Sequence record: SRR2962707_526 | Strand: one strand, 5' to 3' | Length of the DNA stretch: 64,000 nucleotides | Shown here: positions 9,577-19,042 of the stretch, piece after piece | Layout of the letters: each line of letters starts with the position of its first letter | Numbering within the stretch: the first letter of the stretch is position 1 | Position numbers and translations under genes: made by a program | Notes under the pieces: model-generated | What the model was told of the DNA's origin: nothing | The model's input: the letters and a program-made list of their open reading frames with translations, nothing else | The model's database searches: none

Positions 9577-11841
9577 CTAAATTTTACAAGCACCACCAGC
9601 ACAGTCATCAATATCGTCTTGCTGATCGTCCGCGCCGTCACGGGTGTTATGGTAATAAAGCGTTTTAACACCCAGTTTGTAAGCGGTTAGAAGGTCTTTC
9701 AGGATTACCTTCATTGGCACTTTTTGAGACTCAAATTTCTGTGGGTCGTAGTTTGTGTTTGCTGAAATCGCTTGGTCGACAAACTTCTGCATAATACCCA
9801 CAAGCTGCAAGTAACCATCGTTTGAAGGGATGGTCCATAGTAGCTCATATTGCTCTTTTAGGCGATCAAACTCAGGTACCACTTGTTTCAGGATACCGTC
9901 TTTGCTGGCTTTCACAGAGACAAAACCACGTGGTGGCTCAATGCCATTGGTCGCGTTGCTGATCTGAGACGAGGTTTCAGAAGGCATCAGCGCCGTGAGT
10001 GTTGAGTTACGCAAACCGTGCGTCACTATGTCGCTACGCAATGTTTCCCAATCGTAGTAAAGCTCAGGAGAAACGATGTTATCGATTTCTTTTTTGTAAG
10101 AATCGATTGGCAAAATGCCTTTTGCGTAGGTCGTTTCGTTGAACGCCAAGCAAGGGCCGAATTCTTTCGCCAACTTATTCGAAGCTTTTAGTAGGTAATA
10201 CTGAATCGCTTCGAAGGTTTTGTGAGTCAATTCGTTGGCACTGCCATCCGAGTAACGCACACCGTTTTTCGCAAGGTAGTATGCGTAGTTGATCACACCC
10301 ACACCCAAAGTACGGCGCAGTTCAGTCGCACGTTGTGCGGCTGGGATTGGGTAGTTTTGGTAATCAAGCAAAGCGTCTAATGCGCGAACGATCAGTTCAG
10401 ACAGCTCTTCTAGTTCATCAAGGTTGTCCAACGCGCCAAGGTTAAAGGCAGACAGAGTACAAAGGGCGATTTCGCCTTCTGGATCGTCGATGCGATTTAA
10501 TGGTTTTGTCGGTAGCGCGATTTCTAGACACAAGTTACTTTGTTTAACCGGCGCAACGGCTGGGTCAAACGGGCTGTGCGTATTACAGTGGTCCACGTTT
10601 TGTAGATAGATACGACCAGTGCTTGCACGCTCAGAAGCAAACAAGGTAAAGAGTTCAGACGCTTTAATGGTTTGCTTGCGAATGGACTCATCTTGTTCGT
10701 ATTGAACGTATAGACGGTCAAACTCTTCTTGGTCAGCAAAGAAGGCATCGTATAGACCAGGCACATCGGATGGGCTGAACAGGGTGATGTTGCCGCCTTT
10801 GATCAAGCGTTGGTACATCAAACGGTTAAACTGAACGCCGTAATCTAGGTGACGAACACGGTTTTCTTCCACACCACGGTTGTTTTTCAATACCAACAGG
10901 CTTTCTACTTCTAGATGCCAGATAGGGTAGAAAACAGTCGCAGCACCACCACGTACACCACCTTGTGAACAGCTTTTTACCGCTGTCTGGAAGTGTTTGT
11001 AGAATGGGATACAGCCTGTATGGAAAGCTTCACCACCACGGATTGGGCTACCCAAAGCGCGAATGGCACCAGCGTTCACACCAATACCAGCACGTTGACT
11101 GACGTACTTAACGATGGCGCTAGAGGTTGCGTTGATAGAATCCAGCGAGTCGCCACATTCGATCAAGACACAGCTACTAAACTGACGTGTTGGCGTACGG
11201 ATGCCAGACATGATCGGTGTTGGTAGCGAGATTTTGAACTTAGAAACCGCGTCGTAAAAACGTTTGATCAATAACAAACGCTCACTCTTATCGTAGCCTG
11301 CAAACAAACACGCAGCGACCAGAATATAAATAAACTGTGGGCTTTCGTAGATTTGACCAGTTACACGGTTTTGAACGAGGTATTTCCCTTCTAGCTGCTT
11401 AACGGCAGCGTAAGAGAAGTCCATGTCACGAGAGTGATCAATGAAGCTGTTTAGTTGCTCAAAATCTTCTTTAGAATAATCTTTTAACAGATTCTCATCG
11501 TAACGTTTTTGCTCAACAAGGTTTTGTACATGATCATAAAGGTGCGGTGGCTCAAAATCGCCGAATGCTTTTTTACGCAAATGGAAGATAGCAAGACGCG
11601 CTGCAAGATATTGGTAATCTGGGGTGTTTTCCGAGATTAGATCCGCCGCCGATTTGATCAAAGTTTCGTGAATATCAGTGGTTCGAATCCCTTCAAAGAA
11701 CTGAATTTGGGCTTTTAATTCGACTTGGGAAACGGAGACATTGTCTAAGCCATCAGCGGCCCATGTAATGACTTTATGAATCTTCTCAAGATTGATGTTT
11801 TCGGTCTGCCCGTTACGCTTAGTAACTGTGAGAGTGCTCAT
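9577..11841 (-). CDS. nrdA: Class Ia ribonucleotide reductase alpha subunit with ATP cone
   Basis: VTKRNG ATP cone, QFSSCVLI, SNLCLEI, KTLYY and C-terminal CAGGACKI. Confidence 0.98.
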   Translation of the reverse strand: MSTLTVTKRNGQTENINLEKIHKVITWAADGLDNVSVSQVELKAQIQFFEGIRTTDIHETLIKSAADLISENTPDYQYLAARLAIFHLRKKAFGDFEPPHLYDHVQNLVEQKRYDENLLKDYSKEDFEQLNSFIDHSRDMDFSYAAVKQLEGKYLVQNRVTGQIYESPQFIYILVAACLFAGYDKSERLLLIKRFYDAVSKFKISLPTPIMSGIRTPTRQFSSCVLIECGDSLDSINATSSAIVKYVSQRAGIGVNAGAIRALGSPIRGGEAFHTGCIPFYKHFQTAVKSCSQGGVRGGAATVFYPIWHLEVESLLVLKNNRGVEENRVRHLDYGVQFNRLMYQRLIKGGNITLFSPSDVPGLYDAFFADQEEFDRLYVQYEQDESIRKQTIKASELFTLFASERASTGRIYLQNVDHCNTHSPFDPAVAPVKQSNLCLEIALPTKPLNRIDDPEGEIALCTLSAFNLGALDNLDELEELSELIVRALDALLDYQNYPIPAAQRATELRRTLGVGVINYAYYLAKNGVRYSDGSANELTHKTFEAIQYYLLKASNKLAKEFGPCLAFNETTYAKGILPIDSYKKEIDNIVSPELYYDWETLRSDIVTHGLRNSTLTALMPSETSSQISNATNGIEPPRGFVSVKASKDGILKQVVPEFDRLKEQYELLWTIPSNDGYLQLVGIMQKFVDQAISANTNYDPQKFESQKVPMKVILKDLLTAYKLGVKTLYYHNTRDGADDQQDDIDDCAGGACKI

Positions 11842-11883
11842 GCCTTAACTTCCCATTAGTGCATTCTGTGATTTAAGAGGTGT

Positions 11884-11931
11884 TTACTGTATCTAGTGTT
11901 AGTTTGCTTGTTAGAACACTACATATAGTGT
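11884..11931 (-). promoter_or_regulatory. Tandem NrdR boxes upstream of nrdA
   Basis: ACACTACATATAGTGT (11916-11931) and TTACTGTATCTAGTGT (11884-11899) match the consensus acaCwAtATaTwGtgt and are 32 bp apart. Confidence 0.88.
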
Positions 11932-12149
11932 TTTTATCACCTGACTGTGCGAACAATAGTGCTCTTTTTTTTTAAAATCAAGACTTGATAATTGCTCCAA
12001 CTTGAGGGCTGTTGCTTGCTGTAAGTGTCTACTAACTAGGTTCGCCTTAGGAAGCGGAAACTTGGTGGGAGGCAATATGCTTTTTGCCTTTTTTAACTAT
12101 TTTTACGAAAAAAAAATAGCCTTTTTTCTTGCCCAAACATCGAACAGGG

Positions 12150-12869
12150 TTAATGGCTTAGCACTATTTTGGCGAGGGCCACCAAAGCAAATAAAATTAA
12201 CTGATGCAACAGATAGATAGGTAAGGCAAAGCGTCCCATGGCACTCAATGCGCGAACCAAAAAGTGGTTTGGAATGGTGCACTTGTGCCAATTTAGATAA
12301 CCAAGCAAGGGACCAATGAGAACCACCCCAATCCACGGCAATGGAAAAAGAATGTCCAGTGTTTGGTGGGGCAAATTTAAGTAATGTACGATGGTAGGAA
12401 GCGCATTAGGGAAATGCAACCAAGAGGTTTCACTGTAGATGACAAGGATAGCACTGCCGATTAAGGCTGATAGAATAGGGCGGCGACTTAACGGCCGTAC
12501 CAAAAAAGTGGCTAGAAAAATAAAGTGTAAAATGCCAAAGAACACCCAGTTATTCGGTAGTGCCAGATAGGTTCCAAGGGAAATCAGCACCGCGGCCAGC
12601 AGTACTTTGGCGTCACGTGGCCAAATAATCAACCTGAGTCGTTGGCGATTGGATAGGTACGCAGACCAGCCAACGGCGGTCAGAAATAACGTGACTATGA
12701 CACGTCTAAAGTCGATCCAAAACGGGTCTGCAAAAGAGAATGAGATAAAGCCAAAATTGCCTAAATCCCAGCAAAGATGAAAGATCATCATAAGCAAAAC
12801 CGCAAAACCTCGATACGCATCAAGGAATGTACTACGTGAAATCTTTAACGTACCAGGATCAGCTGACAT
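12150..12869 (-). CDS. DUF1624 / heparan-alpha-glucosaminide N-acetyltransferase-domain membrane protein
   Basis: LDAYRGFAVLLMMIFH..WDL, FFGILHFI, FPLPWIG and ALPIYLLHQ. Confidence 0.8.
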   Translation of the reverse strand: MSADPGTLKISRSTFLDAYRGFAVLLMMIFHLCWDLGNFGFISFSFADPFWIDFRRVIVTLFLTAVGWSAYLSNRQRLRLIIWPRDAKVLLAAVLISLGTYLALPNNWVFFGILHFIFLATFLVRPLSRRPILSALIGSAILVIYSETSWLHFPNALPTIVHYLNLPHQTLDILFPLPWIGVVLIGPLLGYLNWHKCTIPNHFLVRALSAMGRFALPIYLLHQLILFALVALAKIVLSH

Positions 12870-12886
12870 TGGGGTCCAAAGGAAAT

Positions 12887-13453
12887 ATGACAAAGAGACG
12901 TCGGCCATCATACCGATACTCAAATTCGAGCTCAAGATTTCCTGATCTGCTGCCTTGCCTTAAAACGCGTTTAGCGTGGGAGCAAGAACGGCTCGTTCTG
13001 TTTGGTCGTGAGGTCAGTGTGCCTCGAAAAGTCGCTTTCTTGGGAGATCATGGCCTTTGTTATCGTTATTCAGGCAAAGACCACTATGGGCAAGGGTGGC
13101 CTGACTGGTTGTTGAGCACGAAACAAGAAGCGGAGCGTTTGTCAGGTCAAGGGTTTAACTCTGTGTTGCTCAATTGGTATCAGGATGGCGATGATTATAT
13201 GGGCTGGCATTCCGACAGCGAAGCAACGCTTGGGCCAGCGCCAGTGGTGACTATGCTAAGTCTAGGGGCAGAAAGGACGTTTTTGTTTCGATTAAAAGGC
13301 AATCACAAGGTGAAGCATGAGCGGTGGTTGGCGAACGAAAGTTGGTTGGTGATGGCGCCATCTACTCAGGTGCTGTGGCAGCATAGTTTGCCGAAAAGAA
13401 GAAAAGTAAAAGAGGAGCGCATAAGTTTAACCTTTCGACTCCTCTTATTTTAA
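12887..13453 (+). CDS. AlkB-family 2OG-Fe(II) dioxygenase (ALKBH2/3-like)
   Basis: FNSVLLN.Y.DG.DYMGWHSD (HxD), WQHSLPK and RISLTFR. Start codon uncertain. Confidence 0.88.
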   Translation: MTKRRRPSYRYSNSSSRFPDLLPCLKTRLAWEQERLVLFGREVSVPRKVAFLGDHGLCYRYSGKDHYGQGWPDWLLSTKQEAERLSGQGFNSVLLNWYQDGDDYMGWHSDSEATLGPAPVVTMLSLGAERTFLFRLKGNHKVKHERWLANESWLVMAPSTQVLWQHSLPKRRKVKEERISLTFRLLLF

Positions 13454-13468
13454 TCGCTTTGTACTGAA

Positions 13469-14116
13469 CTATGGCGCTTTGCGCACGAGTGTCCACTGCT
13501 CGCCAGTTTTATTGAAGCAGAGTCGATCGTGGAGTCGGCTAGGGCGGCCTTGCCAAAACTCAATGAAAGTCGGTTTCAATGTGTATCCGCCCCAGTTTTC
13601 TGGGCAAGCTACTTTTTGGTTTAAGAAAGCATCGTCTTCTGCTTTAAAGGCTTTTTGCAAGGCTTCTCTATTTTTAATAATGGCGCTTTGTTTTGACGTG
13701 CGAGCGGCCAGTTGACTGCCTCGAGGGCGGCTAGAGAAATAGGTCTCAGACACTTCACGAGCGACTTTTTCTACTTCGCCTTCAATGCGAATTTGTCTCG
13801 ATAGTGTCGGCCAGAAGAAGGTCAAACAAGCTTTGTTGTTGTGTGCAAGCTGTTGACCCTTGTCGCTGTCGTAGTTGGTGAAAAAGGTAAAACCTGACTC
13901 ATTTCGATCTTTTAGCAATACGATGCGGGCGTGGGGCTGGCCTTGGGCATCGACTGTGCTGATCATCATGGCGGTTGGATCATCGACGCCTTCATCAATG
14001 GCGAAAGCAAGCCACTGGTCGAAGAAAGCGAAAGGGTCGTCGCCCGCGCTGTCTTCGAGTAGGTCTTCAAATTGATAATCGCGTCTAATGGAGTGAAGGT
14101 CACGGTTCATAATCAA
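13469..14116 (-). CDS. pdxH: Pyridoxamine 5'-phosphate oxidase
   Basis: ARIVLLK, FFTNY.S.KG, RQIRIEG, YF.SRPRGSQ and EFWQGR..RLHDR. Confidence 0.96.
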   Translation of the reverse strand: MIMNRDLHSIRRDYQFEDLLEDSAGDDPFAFFDQWLAFAIDEGVDDPTAMMISTVDAQGQPHARIVLLKDRNESGFTFFTNYDSDKGQQLAHNNKACLTFFWPTLSRQIRIEGEVEKVAREVSETYFSSRPRGSQLAARTSKQSAIIKNREALQKAFKAEDDAFLNQKVACPENWGGYTLKPTFIEFWQGRPSRLHDRLCFNKTGEQWTLVRKAP

Positions 14117-14745
14117 ATCCTGTAAGTAGAGGTTGTCATGACTTTTGAAACCTGGGTCATGATGGTCATAATCGGTTTAGGAAAAACATAACCACCTGAC
14201 GCTAATGCCGCCTGCTTGTGTTTGGCTTCGTCAATGCGCATTTGTGTCAAAATGGCTTTGCTCTTGGCGTCTTGAGCCGGTAACGCCTCCATGTGTTTGT
14301 CCAAATGCAGGCACACCTGGTCTTCTGTGGCGGCCACAAAGCCTAAGCTTAAGCGGTCGCTGATCAGGCCGGCACCGGCCCCAATGCTAAAAGACGCACC
14401 ATAAAACAGCGGGTTTAAAATACTTGGGCGGCTGCCTAGGCTATAGAGTCGTTTTTCACACCAAACCAAATGATCCACTTCCTCTTCTGCCGCGTGTTCC
14501 ATTTCTTCTCTGACGGCATCCAATTTTGCTGTGCTGGCTTGGCCTGCGTACAGCGCTTGTGCACAGACTTCGCCAGTGTGATTAATGCGCATTAAGCCAA
14601 TCGAATGTTTGCGTTCGGCGGCGTTTAGTGGTGCTTCTTCCTCGTTGTCGGCCGGTGATACTCGCATGGCACGGGCAGCATGGGGGACCAATGTTTGTAG
14701 GGCGCGATCAAATTGCAACACCGTTCTATCTAGAAAAGAAAACAT
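14113..14745 (-). CDS. coq7: Di-iron demethoxyubiquinone hydroxylase
   Basis: [32 protein letters not shown] and MRIDE..H. Overlaps pdxH by ATGA. Confidence 0.95.
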   Translation of the reverse strand: MFSFLDRTVLQFDRALQTLVPHAARAMRVSPADNEEEAPLNAAERKHSIGLMRINHTGEVCAQALYAGQASTAKLDAVREEMEHAAEEEVDHLVWCEKRLYSLGSRPSILNPLFYGASFSIGAGAGLISDRLSLGFVAATEDQVCLHLDKHMEALPAQDAKSKAILTQMRIDEAKHKQAALASGGYVFPKPIMTIMTQVSKVMTTSTYRI

Positions 14746-14759
14746 CTAACCTCCTGTCG

Positions 14760-15101
14760 TTAACCTGGTGGCCAGGTCATGGCGCGGCCACCTAGGACGT
14801 GCATATGAATGTGGTAAACCGTTTGGCCACCCATCTCATTGCAGTTCATTGTTACGCGATAGCCTGCATCGCTGATGCCTTTTTCTTTGGCGACTTTTGC
14901 GGCCACGATGGGGAGCTTTCCTACGATGGGAGCATCGGCATCGGTCAAGTCGTTTAACGTACTAATATGGCGCTTAGGAATCACCAAAAAGTGCGTCGGT
15001 GCTTGAGGCATTATGTCTTCAAAGGCAATGACATCATCGTCTTGGTACAAAATAGTGGCAGGTATCTCGCCTTTGACTAATTTACAAAATAGACAGTCCA
15101 T
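14760..15101 (-). CDS. hinT: HIT-family nucleotide-binding protein
   Basis: CLFCK, PQAPTHFLVIPK, GQTVYHIHMHVLGGR and WPPG. Confidence 0.93.
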   Translation of the reverse strand: MDCLFCKLVKGEIPATILYQDDDVIAFEDIMPQAPTHFLVIPKRHISTLNDLTDADAPIVGKLPIVAAKVAKEKGISDAGYRVTMNCNEMGGQTVYHIHMHVLGGRAMTWPPG

Positions 15102-15144
15102 ATTATTCCCTTTGTTTCTATTATTTAAGGCGTTTGTGGGTTTC

Positions 15145-17451
15145 TCAAGGCTCATTGAGCAAAGGTTTGATTCGAGGCAATAAAGTGGTTCTTAACCTCT
15201 CACCTTTGCGAGTTAGGCGTAACAATTGCTGTAGCAGCTCTGGTTCTAGTTCGCTGCAGGTTAATAACTCATCAAAGCCAATGGTCTTTGCGTAATCGCG
15301 CGACATTTTAACATTATTTGTAATCAGTAGGCATTGGTCTTCTGGTCTCATCAGCGGACGGAGTTTTTGGTAGGTGATGTGTGGAATATGACCGCCATTA
15401 TCAAACACTAAAATAACACTGCCGTTGCGTCGGGTGTCGGGTTTTTCCAAGGACGCTAGCAGCTCATCGAGCTGGGAGAAATGTTCAATGCTATAGGGTT
15501 TTGCTTGCAGAATATTAAAGGCTTGCTGCAGGTCTTTATCATGTTGCCCGAAAAGCACTAGGTCGTAGTACACCTCTTCTTCATGCTCCAAATTCATGTG
15601 TCTGACATGGGAGTGGATTGGGATGTAGATGCTTAAGGCGCGAAATTGTCCCTGCTGGATGGTTTTTATGCTGCCATTGAGTTGCTCGATTAACAGCATG
15701 ATGTAACTCATGCCTAAATCCACTGAGCTATCATGGGTGGAGACACGAGTTGGTAGTGGGGAGCAGCGTATCTCAAGAGTAGTAATGCCTTCACGGTTTA
15801 GCTCATGGCGAGTGATTTCTAAGGTTAGTGTTTGATCGGTGAAGTATTTGAACTCCAAAAGCATGGTTTCAATAAGGTGCTGAATAAGCTCGGCGTCGTG
15901 CAGGAGTTCAACGTGATGAATGTTTTTCACGACGAATTCGATGCTGGCGTTGTCTTGGTCTAGCTGTTGGAAGGTGTTGTAGGCTTCGTCGATAATCGTT
16001 GTTAGAAACAGAGGCAACGATTGCTCAGCCAATACGTGACTGTGGTTTTGCTCCGCACTGATGTAGTAATCAAGGCGCTCCGCCAGTTTTTGTAGGTTGT
16101 TATTGGCAACTTGGCCGTTATGTACCAAGGGTTTGTTGCGCTCGTTTTTAATGGCTTTTTCTATTTGTGTAAAACTGCCATCGATTACATTCAATTGGCG
16201 ACGTAAGCGGCTAGAGAGGTCCGAGAGCAGGTCAAAGAGCTTGGCTTGTGAGTGACGAGTCAATCTGGCGTGATTTCTGAGCAATGGGTTTAGCTGCGCA
16301 ATCATGCCGGTAAAATGAATCATGGCCTCGATAATAATGGCAATGGTCAATCCCCATTCATACACGGTCGGGCTTGGAAGAATGCCATAAGCTGACATGG
16401 TCCAAATAAAATAACCAATGAAGAGAACGAGGCGGGCAATCAAATAATAGCCAGAAAACGGCGTGTCTTTAAAGAACGCGTACATGGCCAATGCGGTGAG
16501 CGCAAACAAGGTGAAAAATGTCATCAACGACAAAAAGAAAATGTTGATGAGCTGAGGCGACACAGTGAATAAAATAGTCCCCAATGCGTTGGTGACACCC
16601 AGAGCAATCATGGCCTTGTCTAGTGTAGGAAAATACGACTTGGTGTCTAAATATAGCCGTGAGAAAAAAGTAATGGCAACGCCACAGGAGAGCGCGGCAA
16701 AATTATAGATTCGTTCTTGAATGCCGATTTGATTCGGAAAAAACTGATACAACTGACCATGTAAAGCAAGGTGCAATAAGGCAATTCCGAGCAATAGTAG
16801 GCTGTACAATATGTACATTGGGTGAGAGCTTTTGATGTAGAAAAATATATTGCTCAAGAACAGGATTAACAAAATCCCCATCAGTAACCCGGTAAAAGAA
16901 AAGTCTATTTGGGAGTCGAGAGAGACCTGTGAGAGGGTTTTAAGATGAATGCGTACATTAACCGGTAAATGGGATGACAGCTTTATATACACGGTAAAAA
17001 CAGGCGGTGCGGTGCTGGGCATAGGAAACAGATAGCTGGGGTGCTCAATCAGTCGATTACTATAAGGGCGAGCCTCGCCTAATCTGGCCTGAGCTTGGTT
17101 TCCGTAGAGACTGGGTATATAGATATTCAGGTACTCTAAACGCGGGGCGTTCAGCTCGAGTAACACGGGCTCATTTTTAGTGATCCGAATCGCCACTTCG
17201 GTTCGTAACCAAATATTGCCTTTGGTTAAGCCAAGTTGTAGAAAACGGTCGTTCACCGGCAAGAAATGCGAGGCATATTCTTCCGATGAAATGGTGTCGA
17301 TAGAAAGCTGCCCAGTTTCATCAATAATGTAGTACGCACTCTTGGCCACGTTAAAATCGCTGTGATTATCATCAATCAAAGCAATGTCGTTGGCTGCCCA
17401 TGAGTAATTGGTTGCGCACAATAAAAAGAGTAGAATTAGTCGTGAAAACAA
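15145..17451 (-). CDS. 7TM-DISM sensor with degenerate histidine-kinase and receiver domains (RetS-like pseudo-sensor)
   Basis: Signal peptide, DISMED2-like periplasmic part (WLR, RPYSNR, YLFP), about seven TM helices, an H-box-like SSRLRRQLN without His, a remnant G-box DLGM and a receiver-like C-terminus. Confidence 0.7.
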   Translation of the reverse strand: MFSRLILLFLLCATNYSWAANDIALIDDNHSDFNVAKSAYYIIDETGQLSIDTISSEEYASHFLPVNDRFLQLGLTKGNIWLRTEVAIRITKNEPVLLELNAPRLEYLNIYIPSLYGNQAQARLGEARPYSNRLIEHPSYLFPMPSTAPPVFTVYIKLSSHLPVNVRIHLKTLSQVSLDSQIDFSFTGLLMGILLILFLSNIFFYIKSSHPMYILYSLLLLGIALLHLALHGQLYQFFPNQIGIQERIYNFAALSCGVAITFFSRLYLDTKSYFPTLDKAMIALGVTNALGTILFTVSPQLINIFFLSLMTFFTLFALTALAMYAFFKDTPFSGYYLIARLVLFIGYFIWTMSAYGILPSPTVYEWGLTIAIIIEAMIHFTGMIAQLNPLLRNHARLTRHSQAKLFDLLSDLSSRLRRQLNVIDGSFTQIEKAIKNERNKPLVHNGQVANNNLQKLAERLDYYISAEQNHSHVLAEQSLPLFLTTIIDEAYNTFQQLDQDNASIEFVVKNIHHVELLHDAELIQHLIETMLLEFKYFTDQTLTLEITRHELNREGITTLEIRCSPLPTRVSTHDSSVDLGMSYIMLLIEQLNGSIKTIQQGQFRALSIYIPIHSHVRHMNLEHEEEVYYDLVLFGQHDKDLQQAFNILQAKPYSIEHFSQLDELLASLEKPDTRRNGSVILVFDNGGHIPHITYQKLRPLMRPEDQCLLITNNVKMSRDYAKTIGFDELLTCSELEPELLQQLLRLTRKGERLRTTLLPRIKPLLNEP

Positions 17452-17509
17452 AAAGCTAGCCCAACCTATTTGAAGTAAGGCTATTATTATTAACTAGATA
17501 GGGGATGAA

Positions 17510-17761
17510 ATGCTATATCCAATTTTGGTCGAGTATTATGTTTGGTTCGGCTTAGCGTTATTGTGCATTACTTGGTTCACTCGCCAACACAAGCCAAAAA
17601 CACGTACTAACTTGATGTATGGCTATGGAATGCTGATTGTTGTGGGCTTTTTGCTTGCGCTGGATTGGGTGGCGGGCGTGATATTTGGGCTGATTGTGCT
17701 AGAGCTTGGTCGCACATTTAAACAGTGGCTCGACAAAAAAGAGCGACAGATAAAACAGTAA
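17510..17761 (+). CDS. Small hypothetical membrane protein
   Basis: 83 aa with about 3 hydrophobic segments and a basic tail; AGGGGA RBS. Confidence 0.65.
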   Translation: MLYPILVEYYVWFGLALLCITWFTRQHKPKTRTNLMYGYGMLIVVGFLLALDWVAGVIFGLIVLELGRTFKQWLDKKERQIKQ

Positions 17762-17807
17762 GGCTAAGTGATTTTTCATCCTAATATAGTAATGAGAAAA
17801 TTGATAA

Positions 17808-17855
17808 AATAAGCCCGCTTAATAACATTGGATGATAAGGTTAAGTGGGCTTATT
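17808..17855. terminator. Hairpin between convergent genes at the left edge of the catabolic cluster
   Basis: AATAAGCCCGCTTAA...TTAAGTGGGCTTATT. Confidence 0.6.
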
Positions 17856-17882
17856 GCTGCTGGTTAGTGTTCATATTGCGCT

Positions 17883-18863
17883 TTATTTAAAGGAGATAGA
17901 GGCCAAGATTCGACGTTTACCTTCAAATGGTTGGCGGGCGTGTAAAACTGTATAGTTATTGATCCACAGAACGTCACCTGCTTGCCATGGAAAGTTAACG
18001 CAGCTCTTATCCATTTCTTGAACCAGTTTGCTGAGTACTTCATCATCCATAGGCTCACCATCTGCAGTAGAGACAGCTTTTTTACCTTGGTTACGAGCAT
18101 CATTCCAACCTGTGTAAACGGCACCAATGGAATTGAAAAATACCTTTTGTTTGGTTTCCTCATCAAAACGAATACCTGGTAATGTTTGCGTTTCGGTTTT
18201 CAAGTTACCATCTTCTAACCATTCCCATGACATACCGGCTTCACGCATTTTTTCTTCTGCTTGTTCACGTGTTTCAACCAAGAAGGTCTCTTTCCAAGAA
18301 CGACCGATGGCAGAGTTTTTATCAGTTACTTCAGGCATGATACGGATATAACGCACACCTTGCTCTTCTACTTTTTTAGCGAATTTTGGGTCAATATCAA
18401 AGAATTTTTTGCAGATTTCACCAGAATGAAGCAAGGAGGTCGCGCCCCCTGTTTCGGAAGCTGTCTCACAGTAGAAAAAAATATACCCTGGTGGTGTAGG
18501 TACTTGTGCCATCTCGTGATGGAAGGGGATGGTCTCTGTCGCTGGTGACTCATTTGCTGTAACTATACGGGATGCAGTCACTTGTTCTCGTGGGGCGGCA
18601 CCGCCGACATAAGGCATATTTTTATAGTTTGTTTGGTCAAGCATTTGTTCAAATTCATCTGATGACTCAACTGGAAAGCCTCTAAAGAGAACTGCACCAT
18701 GCTTGATTAGCAGTTCGTGTAGCTGTTCTTTATTTGCCGACACCCAGTTTTGAAAGCTTTTTTTGTCTTGTTGGACATTCTTGTTATGCGGTGTAACAAG
18801 CAATGGAAAATCTAATCCGTTAACTTGTTTTTGTTCTTTTAATTTTGAGATTTCGATACTCAT
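17883..18863 (-). CDS. TauD/TfdA-family (clavaminate synthase/SyrP-like) 2OG-Fe(II) dioxygenase
   Basis: HGAVLFRGF, IPFHHEMAQ (HxE), FFYCE...GG.T and WQAGDVL.INN...LHAR.PF.G.R. Confidence 0.88.
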   Translation of the reverse strand: MSIEISKLKEQKQVNGLDFPLLVTPHNKNVQQDKKSFQNWVSANKEQLHELLIKHGAVLFRGFPVESSDEFEQMLDQTNYKNMPYVGGAAPREQVTASRIVTANESPATETIPFHHEMAQVPTPPGYIFFYCETASETGGATSLLHSGEICKKFFDIDPKFAKKVEEQGVRYIRIMPEVTDKNSAIGRSWKETFLVETREQAEEKMREAGMSWEWLEDGNLKTETQTLPGIRFDEETKQKVFFNSIGAVYTGWNDARNQGKKAVSTADGEPMDDEVLSKLVQEMDKSCVNFPWQAGDVLWINNYTVLHARQPFEGKRRILASISFK

Positions 18864-18967
18864 AGTGACTCCCGCGAATATTGTTATTGTTTGATCGGAC
18901 AGATAATCACAAGTGAATGAATTGTGAATGAATCTTACATTCACTCTAAATGCAAATGTTTATAAAG

Positions 18968-19030
18968 TAAATCAATGATGAATGAATTTATGTCGATTTT
19001 TTCCAAATATTCATTCATCATATTGATTTA
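18968..19030. repeat. Long AT-rich inverted repeat between the oxidoreductase and dioxygenase genes
   Basis: TAAATCAATGATGAATGAAT...ATTCATTCATCATATTGATTTA. Confidence 0.7.
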
Positions 19031-19042
19031 AAATAAAATTTT

